A stretch of DNA of 64,000 nucleotides from Victivallales bacterium (GTDB taxonomy: Bacteria; Verrucomicrobiota; Lentisphaeria; Oligosphaerales; Oligosphaeraceae). The stretch covers positions 14,307 through 78,306 of the forward strand of contig JAFXUD010000030.1 of assembly GCA_017535315.1 (NCBI GenBank), given 5' to 3'. Positions 1 through 8,188 of this stretch are shown piece by piece. Every line of letters begins with the position of its first letter. Position 1 is the first letter of the stretch. The notes under the pieces were generated by a model. That model was not told where the DNA came from. It ran no database searches and saw nothing but the letters and a program-made list of their open reading frames with translations. Position numbers and translations under genes: made by a program.

Positions 1-1138
1 GACCGAATTGATTTCCATGATACATGCCGAGCACATCCTGACGCTCTTTGAAGGGGATGCCTTGGAGGGCTGGCAGCAGACTTTCTCCTTGGAAGGTGGC
101 TGGAACCTCCGCACCAGCCCATTCGCATAGGCTTCGGGCTAGGTCGATAGTGTGGGTGACAAAGGCGTCACAGCTCTTTCCGCAGGAGGCAGCGCCTGGC
201 CAGCGAATGATGAGCGGTACGCGTGCGACATCGTCATACATCACATAGTGCTTGTCAATCATTCCATGTGCGCCGCACATGTCGCCGTGGTCGCATGAGT
301 AGATGACAATGGTGTCGTTTTCAAGGTGAAGCTCCTTCAGCGCAGCCAGCACTCTTCCGATGCAGGTGTCGAGGAGGGAGATTTCGCCGAGATAGCGTCC
401 AACGAGCCGTGACCAGGGTTCCCAGTCCCAGCCGTCCAGCTTCCATGAGCGCAGCTGTTGAGCCTGGATGTAGGGCTTGCCAGCAAAGGTGTCGCCGAAA
501 CTTGGCCAGGGCTTGATGTCGGCTGGATTATACATGGATGCGTATGGTTCGGGGACGACATTGGGAAGATGGGGTTCGCTGGGGTCCCAGCGAATGTAGA
601 ATGGCTTGTCGCAACTGGCCGCCTTGCGGAGCATCTGGATGGCTTGGCTGGATTCCCACCACAGATGGGATTGTTCAGGCGTAATGGCCTCATCGCACCC
701 GAAGAAAGGCATTCCCGACGGTTTTGGAGGCAGACCTTGTGCCGTGCGCCATTTGCCGTATTCGCTGCTGGGGACGTAGTTCTGAAAGCCGTAATCCAGC
801 GGTGTGCGTGCCTTGCCGCCGAGCCATTTGCCTGTAAAGGACATGGAGTAGCCCGCATCGCGCAGTACTTCTGTATAGGCGGGGATCTCGGCGGCGGGGC
901 GGGGTGCCTCCGTGTCGGCGTTGGCGATACTCAAGTGACGGCATGGCCAACAGCCGTGCAGCAGACTGTTTCGAGCAGGGACGCAGATGGGCGAGGAGGT
1001 GAACGCATTGGTGAAATTGGTGCCCTCCGATGCCAGCTTGTCCAGGTTCGGGGTTTTGACGAGGGGGTGTCCATTAACGCCGAGACAGTCCTTGCGGTGC
1101 TGGTCGGCAATAATCATGAGGATGTTTGGTTGTTGCAT
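1..1138 (-). CDS. Cys-type (formylglycine) sulfatase, partial; 3' end runs off the left window edge
   Basis: Absent from the ORF track because it is edge-truncated. My translation of the minus strand from the ATG at 1138-1136 gives MQQPNILMIIADQHRKDCLG...FTSSPICVPARNSLLHG (C-x-P-x-R sulfatase signature)...IVIYSCDHGDMCGAHG. The frame stays open to base 1. No N-terminal signal peptide is visible. Confidence 0.85.
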   Translation of the reverse strand, partial: MQQPNILMIIADQHRKDCLGVNGHPLVKTPNLDKLASEGTNFTNAFTSSPICVPARNSLLHGCWPCRHLSIANADTEAPRPAAEIPAYTEVLRDAGYSMSFTGKWLGGKARTPLDYGFQNYVPSSEYGKWRTAQGLPPKPSGMPFFGCDEAITPEQSHLWWESSQAIQMLRKAASCDKPFYIRWDPSEPHLPNVVPEPYASMYNPADIKPWPSFGDTFAGKPYIQAQQLRSWKLDGWDWEPWSRLVGRYLGEISLLDTCIGRVLAALKELHLENDTIVIYSCDHGDMCGAHGMIDKHYVMYDDVARVPLIIRWPGAASCGKSCDAFVTHTIDLARSLCEWAGAEVPATFQGESLLPALQGIPFKERQDVLGMYHGNQFG

Positions 1139-1142
1139 AGTG

Positions 1143-2375
1143 CTATCTTTTTCTTTTCGGTGGGAACACAAAGCCTTCTAGGAAGATGGTTGTGGAGAAG
1201 AGGAGGAGGGTCAGCGGAATAAGGACAAAGGATTTGTGAAGCCCGATCATGTCGCCTGCAACTCCCATGATCCAGGTAAAGAACCCGCAGCCAGGAATGC
1301 CGATGCTGGAGAAATAGACAAAGAGGAGCGTTGAATCCAGTTCTGGGAGCATGAGTACTCCATACGACTGGAGGGAAGGCCAGTAGGGGGCGACACATAT
1401 TCCAGAAAGGAAGATGAGGAGAAATAATACAGAAAGAGAAAGGGCAGGGGAATAGAAGCTATCTGGCCTCATGAAAGAAATCAAACCAGTGACAGGGATG
1501 CCTGCTAGACCCGTGATAAGCAGAAGATGAATCAGGTGTTTTTCCTTCACGTATTTTCCAAAAGAGTAGCGTCCGACGAACATCCCAAGGGCTAGGAAGG
1601 CAGTTCCAAGGCCCCCCATCCATGGAGATGTGTGGAAATTCAGTTGAATGTAGCTGGATGCCCAGAAAGTCAGGCAAAATTCCGCACCTGCGCCCATGAA
1701 CATCCCAAGACAATATATCCAAAAACGGAAAGATTTGAAGATTATCAAGGAATTATTGAAAATAAGCGTTACATCTTGTTTTGACTTGGTCTCAGGATAT
1801 TTTGAATTGGGGTTCTCTTTCCAGAGGAAGCCAAGGGAGGTTGCCAGACAAAAAAGACCTGTAATGGCTATGAGGATTCGCCAGTGAACACCCAATGTCA
1901 GCAGTAGCCCCGCGAAGATGACCACCAGTCCCGTCCCCACGGACCAAAAGCTATGTGCTGTATTGACATAATTGCTCGGTTCATCGACATGCAAGTCATG
2001 AACAAATGGAGTAGCCAACCCCTCGCAGATGCCTTCGCCTACCCCAGCAAGCAGAAGAAACGGAATCAGCAGAAAATACCCTGGTGAAAAAGCGCATAGA
2101 AAGATTCCCGTCCCCATGAGCAGCATGGCGAGTCCCATGCTGAACCGTTTTCCAATCTTCGCCGAAAGAAGGCTACAGGAAAGCAGGGACAGGACCATGG
2201 CGATACTGCGAATCAGATGCAGTTGTCCGCCCGCGCCCATTCCACCGCTTTCCAAGGGAAAATTCAGGTCCCTGGCAATTGTCACTAGCGAGACAGGGAT
2301 GATCAGCGAACAGCATGCGTATGCCGCAAAGGCTGCAAAGCAGGAATAATCGTAACGACCAAAAGAGAGTTTCAC
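1143..2375 (-). CDS. MFS transporter
   Basis: 410-aa ORF that is hydrophobic throughout with about 12 predicted TM segments and MFS-like loops. It uses a GTG start. Its stop lies 4 nt upstream of the sulfatase ATG, suggesting an operon. Confidence 0.75.
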   Translation of the reverse strand: MKLSFGRYDYSCFAAFAAYACCSLIIPVSLVTIARDLNFPLESGGMGAGGQLHLIRSIAMVLSLLSCSLLSAKIGKRFSMGLAMLLMGTGIFLCAFSPGYFLLIPFLLLAGVGEGICEGLATPFVHDLHVDEPSNYVNTAHSFWSVGTGLVVIFAGLLLTLGVHWRILIAITGLFCLATSLGFLWKENPNSKYPETKSKQDVTLIFNNSLIIFKSFRFWIYCLGMFMGAGAEFCLTFWASSYIQLNFHTSPWMGGLGTAFLALGMFVGRYSFGKYVKEKHLIHLLLITGLAGIPVTGLISFMRPDSFYSPALSLSVLFLLIFLSGICVAPYWPSLQSYGVLMLPELDSTLLFVYFSSIGIPGCGFFTWIMGVAGDMIGLHKSFVLIPLTLLLFSTTIFLEGFVFPPKRKR

Positions 2376-2416
2376 GAAGAGATAATATTAGAGGACGTTA
2401 AAAATGGATAGAAACC

Positions 2417-2448
2417 ATAAAAAACGACGGAAGAAGGTCTTCCGTCGT
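2417..2448 (-). terminator. Rho-independent terminator of the asp23/amaP-like operon
   Basis: Perfect 11-bp stem (acgacggaaga at 2424-2434, tcttccgtcgt at 2438-2448) with a 3-nt loop. On the minus strand it is followed by TTTTTTA, about 28 nt after the stop at 2476. Confidence 0.7.
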
Positions 2449-2475
2449 GGCGATAGGCAATTAAACTATGACATC

Positions 2476-3003
2476 CTAGATGGTGGATTCGGGAGTAGTC
2501 TCATCCCGTTTTTCTTCAACAGCCTTTTCAAAGTCATTGACTTCAAAGTTGATCTGCGCAATCTGATCGGTGATGCCCAGCTTTTCTTCCATTTCCTTGA
2601 AAATGCGATCGCGAAGATCTTTGCGGAGAGAAAGCAGTTCAGCATCTGGCTGTGCAGAAAGACTGACTTTCATGACCAGGCCAAGCCTTGTCTCAAGTAG
2701 CTTGAGACCAACGAACTTCAATGCATTGTTCTCGGAGACGATCTTTTCCGCAAAGGTCTTCATGGCGTTCGCGGAGATGACGAAATTACCCTTGTCGGAA
2801 TCCTCTATTGTGATATCCTTGCAAACATTTTTGTTGCGCGCATGGATGGTTGCAATGAGCCAGATGACAAGGCAGATGGCAAATCCTATCAGCACACCAT
2901 AGAAGATAAGACCGCAATTACTGTCGCAGGTCCCGCAGAACCATTTGCTCAGACCACATTCCGATTGCGCAGCCTGGGCTGCCGCCTGTGCGAAAGGAAT
3001 CAT
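2476..3003 (-). CDS. AmaP-like membrane anchor protein (Asp23-associated), putative
   Basis: 175 aa with one N-terminal TM helix (LIFYGVLIGFAICLVIWLIATI) followed by an Asp23-like soluble part. It lies downstream of an Asp23 gene, as in the staphylococcal amaP/asp23 locus. AGGAG sits 10 nt before the ATG. Confidence 0.5.
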   Translation of the reverse strand: MIPFAQAAAQAAQSECGLSKWFCGTCDSNCGLIFYGVLIGFAICLVIWLIATIHARNKNVCKDITIEDSDKGNFVISANAMKTFAEKIVSENNALKFVGLKLLETRLGLVMKVSLSAQPDAELLSLRKDLRDRIFKEMEEKLGITDQIAQINFEVNDFEKAVEEKRDETTPESTI

Positions 3004-3072
3004 TGTTTCTACTCCTACATAGTGAAAGGAGAGCCATCAGGTTCTTTCCCGATGGCTGCTCCGTTTGTTTTC

Positions 3073-3228
3073 AGAGGCAATTTCAAAACTAGCGCAAAAT
3101 ACGCTAAGAGATGGACGCAGTGGCTAAGGCAACGGCTCAAAACCGCACTTTCGTGCGGCGAGAGGCGTTGTCTTAGCCAATGTGTTCATGTCAACGCGCA
3201 TTTTGATGCTAGTTTTGAAATTGCCTCT
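3073..3228. repeat. 156-bp near-perfect palindromic element (MITE/REP-like) between asp23 and the amaP-like gene
   Basis: Perfect 21-bp terminal arms: agaggcaatttcaaaactagc (3073-3093) and gctagttttgaaattgcctct (3208-3228). Inner arms are ggctaaggcaacg / cgttgtcttagcc. The central hairpin ccgcac-tttc-gtgcgg lies at 3143-3158. The symmetry centre is 3150/3151. Confidence 0.85.
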
Positions 3229-3274
3229 TCATTCAACTCGTGAAAACAGATGTCTGTGTGGCTGAAAGAGGATT

Positions 3275-3751
3275 TTATTCGGTCTTTTCTTCCTCATCCT
3301 CATCTTCTTCCTCGGGTTCTTCCTTTTCCAGGTCAATAACATTGACATTGACTTTGGAAACAGCGTATCCGCTCAACGCAGGAATCTTCTCGAAGAGAAT
3401 GTCCTTGATGTTCTTTGTCACTTCAGGGACGGAGACGCCGAAACGAAGAATGAGAGCCAAGGTGATGATGGCGCCTTCATCCGACAGTTCAATGGCGATG
3501 CTGCTTTCATATGAGCGACGGCTCAGGATGCCAGCGAAGCCATCGCGCAGGCTCTGGGGTGCGGTGCGAAGCACGCCGTCAACGTTTAGGGCATATTCCT
3601 TAATGATGGCAGCAATGACGTTATTGGTCACCTGCACAGTGCCTTTTTCGTCTTCACCGTCGCTGATGGCGATGATGGTAGCGGGTTTTTTCTCAACTTT
3701 CTCTACAGTCGCATCCTGCGTAATCGGGTCTTTTTCTTTTGCTTTTACCAT
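3275..3751 (-). CDS. Asp23/Gls24 family stress protein
   Basis: Carries the Asp23 hallmark (GTVQVTNNVIAAIIKEYALNVDGV...) and an acidic C-terminal tail. I prefer the ATG at 3751, which has AAGGAG 10 nt upstream, over the GTG at 3760 used by the track. Confidence 0.85.
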   Translation of the reverse strand: MVKAKEKDPITQDATVEKVEKKPATIIAISDGEDEKGTVQVTNNVIAAIIKEYALNVDGVLRTAPQSLRDGFAGILSRRSYESSIAIELSDEGAIITLALILRFGVSVPEVTKNIKDILFEKIPALSGYAVSKVNVNVIDLEKEEPEEEDEDEEEKTE

Positions 3752-3816
3752 AAGTATCACACTCCTTTATGGGTTACGTTGGTTGTAGTTTGCGGATTAT
3801 TTACGTGTCCACTTGT

Positions 3817-3844
3817 AATTTATTATGGTTGTCACTTTTGTCAA
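3817..3844 (-). promoter_or_regulatory. Putative sigma-70 promoter for asp23
   Basis: The minus strand reads TTGACA, then 16 nt, then TAAATT, about 60 nt upstream of the asp23 ATG. Based on a consensus match only. Confidence 0.35.
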
Positions 3845-3909
3845 TAGTGATTTTCGTTTTTTTTTGAGTTTTCTGTTTTTTGTGGAAGGGTATTTTATGC
3901 CTCATAATA

Positions 3910-5769
3910 CTATTCCGCTTCAATAGAAGAGGTTTTTATGGTATCAGGTGATATCTGCTCCTGTGGCAGGTCGTTGATCATCTTGGTCAGTTCATCGAAT
4001 TTCAAATCGACATCCATGACGGCGACGATGTCACCATTGGAATCGCGGATGGGTTCGCAGAACATCATGATAAGGCGTCCAGTGAAACGGGAGAACATCA
4101 GGTCAGACCAATAGGGCTGCCCTGTCTCCACGACGCTGCGGAACCAAGCCTTCTCGCGGAAGTCCATGGAGAGCAGCGGGCGGAATAGTTTTTTGTCACC
4201 GCGTTGTGTCAGCACCTGGACAAGCTGCTTGCCGTTGATGTCGATGATGTCCAGAAGCTGGATGGAAGGCTCGTTCTTGACAACCTCCTTGAGGAAAGGC
4301 TCCATACGACGTGGATTGAGGCTGAGAATCTCGGGAGCGGAGCAGATTTTCGAGGTGAGCATGCGCCCCTTGAGGGTGGCAGCGTACTTGATTTTCTGGA
4401 AGTTGGATTCGAACATGCTGGGGATGTGATGCTTTGCTTGCGCAATGATTTCCGCAGCGGAGATGCTGGTCGTGCGTCCCTGTGCATACTGCTCCATAAC
4501 CCACTCGTAGATGCGACGTACTCCAGGGTGGCGCTTGGAGATTTCCGTATGCTCTCCAGGCATCTTTTTGATGTAGTCATTGAGCCATTGTGCAATGCCC
4601 GCCACACCAGACTTGTCGGTGACCATGACGCGAAGCGGGCGGCTGAGGAGCTGCTCCGTGTCGAAGATATTGTAGATTTCGGGGTTCTTGAGGATGCCAT
4701 CCGCATGGACACCTGCCCGTGTGGTATTGAACTCAGCACCGACGAATGGATAGTTGTTCGGGATATCCGCCTTGACGACGTCGCGGTAGTAGTCTGCAAT
4801 CTCGGTGATGACCTGCGTGTCGATGCCGCATTTGTCCCCCATGATGCCGATGTACTCCATGATGGCCCCCTCAAGCGGAGGATTGCCCGTGCGTTCGCCG
4901 AACCCAAGCAGGGATGCGTTGAGGGCAGAGACGCCGTAGAACCAGGAGGTGACGGCATTGGTGTGGACCTTGTGGAAGTCATTGTGCCCATGCCATTCGA
5001 GTTGTTCCGATGGCACGCCCAGTTCATTGTGGAACGCCGAGACGATTTTAGGGACGCTGCGGGGTAGGGCGGCTCCAGGATAAGTCACCCCATAGCCCAT
5101 GGTGTCGCAGAGGCGTATCTTGATGGGGATGCCGCTCTCCTGCGAGAGCTTCATGAGCTCCTCGGCAAAGGGAAGACAGAAACCGTAGATGTCTGCGCGC
5201 GTGACATCCTCAAAATGGCATCTTGGGGTGATACCCTCGGAAAGCGCCGCCTTGACCACCGCCAGATAGTCATCCATCACCTTGGCACGGGTCTTCTTCA
5301 GCTTCAGGAAGATGTGGTAGTCAGAGACAGAGGTAAGGATACCCGTCTCCTTCAGTCCCAGTTCGCGCACGATTTTGAAGTCATCCGCGTTGGCACGGAT
5401 CCAGCCCGTGATTTCAGGGTATTTGTGCCCAAGCTGACGGCATCCCTCGATGGCCTCGCGGTCACGGTTGCTATAGACGAAGAACTCGCACTGGCGGATG
5501 ACGCCGTTGGGGCCACCCAGCTTATGCAGGTATTCATAGAGCTGGACAATATGTTCAGGCTTGTAAGGAGGGCGAGCCTGCTGACCGTCGCGGAAGGTGG
5601 TGTCGGTAATCCAGATTTCCTTGGCGGGAGAGGGCATGACATCCTTTCCGTCGAAAAGAATTCTCGGAACATCGGTATATGGGAACTGCTCGCGGAGCAG
5701 ATTCGGCTCGCGGACGTCCACCAGCTCAAAGTGCCGCTGCAGATGGTCTATCGAAAATGGTGAGTGCAT
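3910..5769 (-). CDS. HMGL-like (DRE-TIM) Claisen-condensing synthase of the IPMS/homocitrate/citramalate/Re-citrate synthase family, with an extra C-terminal PAS/Cache-like domain
   Basis: 619 aa. Contains ITDTTFRDGQQ, HGHNDFH and GERTGN motifs typical of the HMGL-like family. The last ~150 aa (NEPSIQLLDIIDINGKQLV...GQPYWSDLMFSRFTGRLIMMFCEPIRDSNGDIVAVMDVDLKF) look like a small-ligand sensor fold. The substrate cannot be assigned by eye. Confidence 0.7.
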   Translation of the reverse strand: MHSPFSIDHLQRHFELVDVREPNLLREQFPYTDVPRILFDGKDVMPSPAKEIWITDTTFRDGQQARPPYKPEHIVQLYEYLHKLGGPNGVIRQCEFFVYSNRDREAIEGCRQLGHKYPEITGWIRANADDFKIVRELGLKETGILTSVSDYHIFLKLKKTRAKVMDDYLAVVKAALSEGITPRCHFEDVTRADIYGFCLPFAEELMKLSQESGIPIKIRLCDTMGYGVTYPGAALPRSVPKIVSAFHNELGVPSEQLEWHGHNDFHKVHTNAVTSWFYGVSALNASLLGFGERTGNPPLEGAIMEYIGIMGDKCGIDTQVITEIADYYRDVVKADIPNNYPFVGAEFNTTRAGVHADGILKNPEIYNIFDTEQLLSRPLRVMVTDKSGVAGIAQWLNDYIKKMPGEHTEISKRHPGVRRIYEWVMEQYAQGRTTSISAAEIIAQAKHHIPSMFESNFQKIKYAATLKGRMLTSKICSAPEILSLNPRRMEPFLKEVVKNEPSIQLLDIIDINGKQLVQVLTQRGDKKLFRPLLSMDFREKAWFRSVVETGQPYWSDLMFSRFTGRLIMMFCEPIRDSNGDIVAVMDVDLKFDELTKMINDLPQEQISPDTIKTSSIEAE

Positions 5770-5821
5770 GGCTGTTTTTCCTCAGATAATTATGAATCGC
5801 TAGGTTCCCCGAGAGGGTTGG

Positions 5822-5857
5822 TAAAAGACCTAAACGACCTAAAGGACCTAAACGACG
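5822..5857. repeat. 4 x 9-bp tandem repeat (TAAAvGACC)
   Basis: The units are taaaagacc, taaacgacc, taaaggacc and taaacgacg. The array runs directly into the left arm (gacgcaagtgg) of an 11-bp inverted repeat. Confidence 0.85.
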
Positions 5858-6309
5858 CAAGTGGCGCATAGCCTGGCGTCCTTCTTTATTCGTCGCTCAG
5901 TTTCTGTACCACTTGCGTCCTTTGGGATCTGTTTTACCTGCCCTCAGGGGGAATATAGCTTTATGAATAAGCTACACGCTGGTATAATATATCCACATTA
6001 CTGGAAAATAAAAACTGCTTTGATGAAAATAGATTCAAAAAATCAATGTTCTGCGAACATAAAAATAACATTTTTGTGGATAAAGACGTAAGATTGATGT
6101 CGTCTGATTATTCATTGCTCAAAATTCTGTCTTATATGAGAATTGGTAAACGCATTGTTTGGCAATCATTCTGCCACTATCTCCCGTCCCCCGTCCAAAG
6201 CAAAATGAGGAGAACAGGTTTGACTGTTTCAAACAGCCATACTATATTTTTATAAAATGGAATTGCATTTCAACGAGTTTAGCGGGATTGAGAGACTAAG
6301 GAGACAACA

Positions 6310-7884
6310 ATGCTTCAACCGATTGCCATTGACACCAATTCTTTCCCTGAATTGCGGCAAGAACATTGTGTTTACGTGGACAAGACCGCCTATTTCCACA
6401 GGCTGATCACCAGGCCTGGTGCTCGGCGTTTCTTCCTTGCACGCCCGCGGCGCTTCGGCAAGTCGATGATGATCTCCACGTTGCAGGCGATTTTCGAGGG
6501 AAGGCGCGAGCTTTTCGAGGGGCTCGACATCTCGCGGACGGACTGGAAGTGGGAGAAGTATCCCGTGCTCTATTTCAACCTGGGTTTTGCTGCATCCTCC
6601 ACCTTTGAAGGATTCAGGGATGGCTTCCCGTATTTGGTTCGCTCGGCGATTGAAGAGGTGGGCGGTAAATACGATGACATCGCACCGCCTGCTTCCAACT
6701 TCGGCATGGCCATTGATTCGCTCCATGCGACCAATCACGGCAAGGGGGTGGTCATCCTCATCGACGAATACGACGACCCTGTGGCGCAGTTGCTGTCCAA
6801 GCCAGACGAGGCGGAGGCGGTGCGCGGCTATCTTGCGGATTTCTACCGCCAGATGAAGGACCGTGCAGGGAAGATACGCTTTCTGATGATCACAGGTGTC
6901 TCGAAGTTCACAAAAATGTCGGTCTTCTCCGCACTATCGAACCTGGTGGACCTCTCGTTCGAGGACGAGTATGCGACAATGCTGGGCTACACAGAGGCTG
7001 AACTAGACAGCTTTTTCGGCGAGCATTTGCGCATCCACGCGCAGAAGATGGGGCTTTCGGATGATGCGTACCGTGACGAACTGAAGCGCTGGTTCAATGG
7101 ATATCGCTTTGGAAGGGAGGTTGAAGACACCGTTTACAATCCCGTCTCGATAGGCGTGAATCTTTCAGAGCAGAAGCGTTTTTTCCAACCGTGCTGGTCT
7201 TCGACGGGAAAGGCAGCCATGCTGATGAACTTCCTCAAGAGACAGGAGTTCCTTGGCATCGATATGGACAAAGTGCAGAACGTGCGCGAGTGTGACTTCG
7301 ATGTCTCTGACATCCGTGCGCTTCGCACCGTGCCTATGCTTTTCCAGACGGGCTACCTGACCATCAAGGACTTTGACCCCATCACCAACACTTATACTCT
7401 GGCGGTGCCTGACGTGGAGGTTAGGCAGGATCTCGCCTCGGTGACGACCTCCGTAATGGCAAACAGGGATAGTTTCTGGGTTTCCTCGATAGGCATTAAC
7501 CTGCTGAAATGCAATTGGAATGAGTTTTTCTCGGGCCTCAAATCCCTATACGCGGCGATGCCCTACGGCCCGACGGAGAGGAGCGTCCAGGAGTACTCCT
7601 TTGAGCGGGTACTGCTGACGCTCCTGTGGTCGCAGGCCATCGAGTGCAGGACGGAGGACCGCCAGGCGAACGGACAGGCGGACATCGTTGCCGAGCACCC
7701 CAGCGGCATCTTCATCTTCGAGCTGAAGGTCGATGAGTCGGCGGAGACCGCCCTGGAGCAGGTCAGACGGAAGGGCTATGACCTGCCATACCGCGCAAAA
7801 GGCCAGCCCATCTGGCTCGTCGGACTCAGCTTCGACCGCCAGACCCGCCTGCTCATTGAGGCAAAGTCCGAGAAAGCATTCTAG
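6310..7884 (+). CDS. Predicted AAA-ATPase (PF09820-like N-terminus) fused to a PD-(D/E)XK nuclease-like C-terminus (PDDEXK_9-like)
   Basis: 524 aa. The N-terminus reads FPELRQEHCVYVDKTAYFHRLI...FFLARPRRFGKS (Walker A-like). The C-terminus reads GQADIVAEHPSGIFIFELKVDES. AAGGAG sits 6 nt before the ATG. Confidence 0.8.
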   Translation: MLQPIAIDTNSFPELRQEHCVYVDKTAYFHRLITRPGARRFFLARPRRFGKSMMISTLQAIFEGRRELFEGLDISRTDWKWEKYPVLYFNLGFAASSTFEGFRDGFPYLVRSAIEEVGGKYDDIAPPASNFGMAIDSLHATNHGKGVVILIDEYDDPVAQLLSKPDEAEAVRGYLADFYRQMKDRAGKIRFLMITGVSKFTKMSVFSALSNLVDLSFEDEYATMLGYTEAELDSFFGEHLRIHAQKMGLSDDAYRDELKRWFNGYRFGREVEDTVYNPVSIGVNLSEQKRFFQPCWSSTGKAAMLMNFLKRQEFLGIDMDKVQNVRECDFDVSDIRALRTVPMLFQTGYLTIKDFDPITNTYTLAVPDVEVRQDLASVTTSVMANRDSFWVSSIGINLLKCNWNEFFSGLKSLYAAMPYGPTERSVQEYSFERVLLTLLWSQAIECRTEDRQANGQADIVAEHPSGIFIFELKVDESAETALEQVRRKGYDLPYRAKGQPIWLVGLSFDRQTRLLIEAKSEKAF

Positions 7885-7915
7885 AGATTCTAGAGATTCT
7901 AGAGATTCTAGGACT
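7880..7915. repeat. 4 x 9-bp tandem repeat (TCTAGAGAT), overlapping the TAG stop of the AAA-ATPase gene
   Basis: Three perfect tctagagat units followed by tctaggact. Each unit carries a CTAG, and three carry TCTAGA. Confidence 0.9.
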
Positions 7916-8100
7916 TCACTGGCAATGCTCGTTTGGCGTTGTCGCCATTGACGGTATCGCGAAGCGTGAAATGCGGTATAAATGCCGTGGCTATGGAAAG
8001 GATAAGCGGCATTGGTCGTCGCCAGTCTCCCTGTCTTGTGCTGGCAGTGAAAGCTGCCAGTTGTGCTCCCAAGCCTCGCACCTTTTTTCCCCGCCGTCTT

Positions 8101-8128
8101 TTGCAAACCCCTTATATTACATTATATT
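8101..8128 (+). promoter_or_regulatory. Putative sigma-70 promoter of the giant repeat gene
   Basis: TTGCAA, then 16 nt, then TATATT, about 60 nt upstream of the ATG at 8189. Based on a consensus match only. Confidence 0.3.
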
Positions 8129-8188
8129 AAATATTTATAATTATTCCACCTCAAATCAGCCCTCGCATTCCCTCAAGAGGATATAACC

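Noticed and set aside
5861-6255. Track ORFs 5861-6091 (76 aa) and 6046-6255 (69 aa) in the AT-rich intergenic tract.
   Set aside because: They have no ribosome-binding site or recognisable motifs. Their composition is odd (Ile, Lys, Phe and Asn-rich, as expected from AT-rich DNA), and they overlap each other out of frame.
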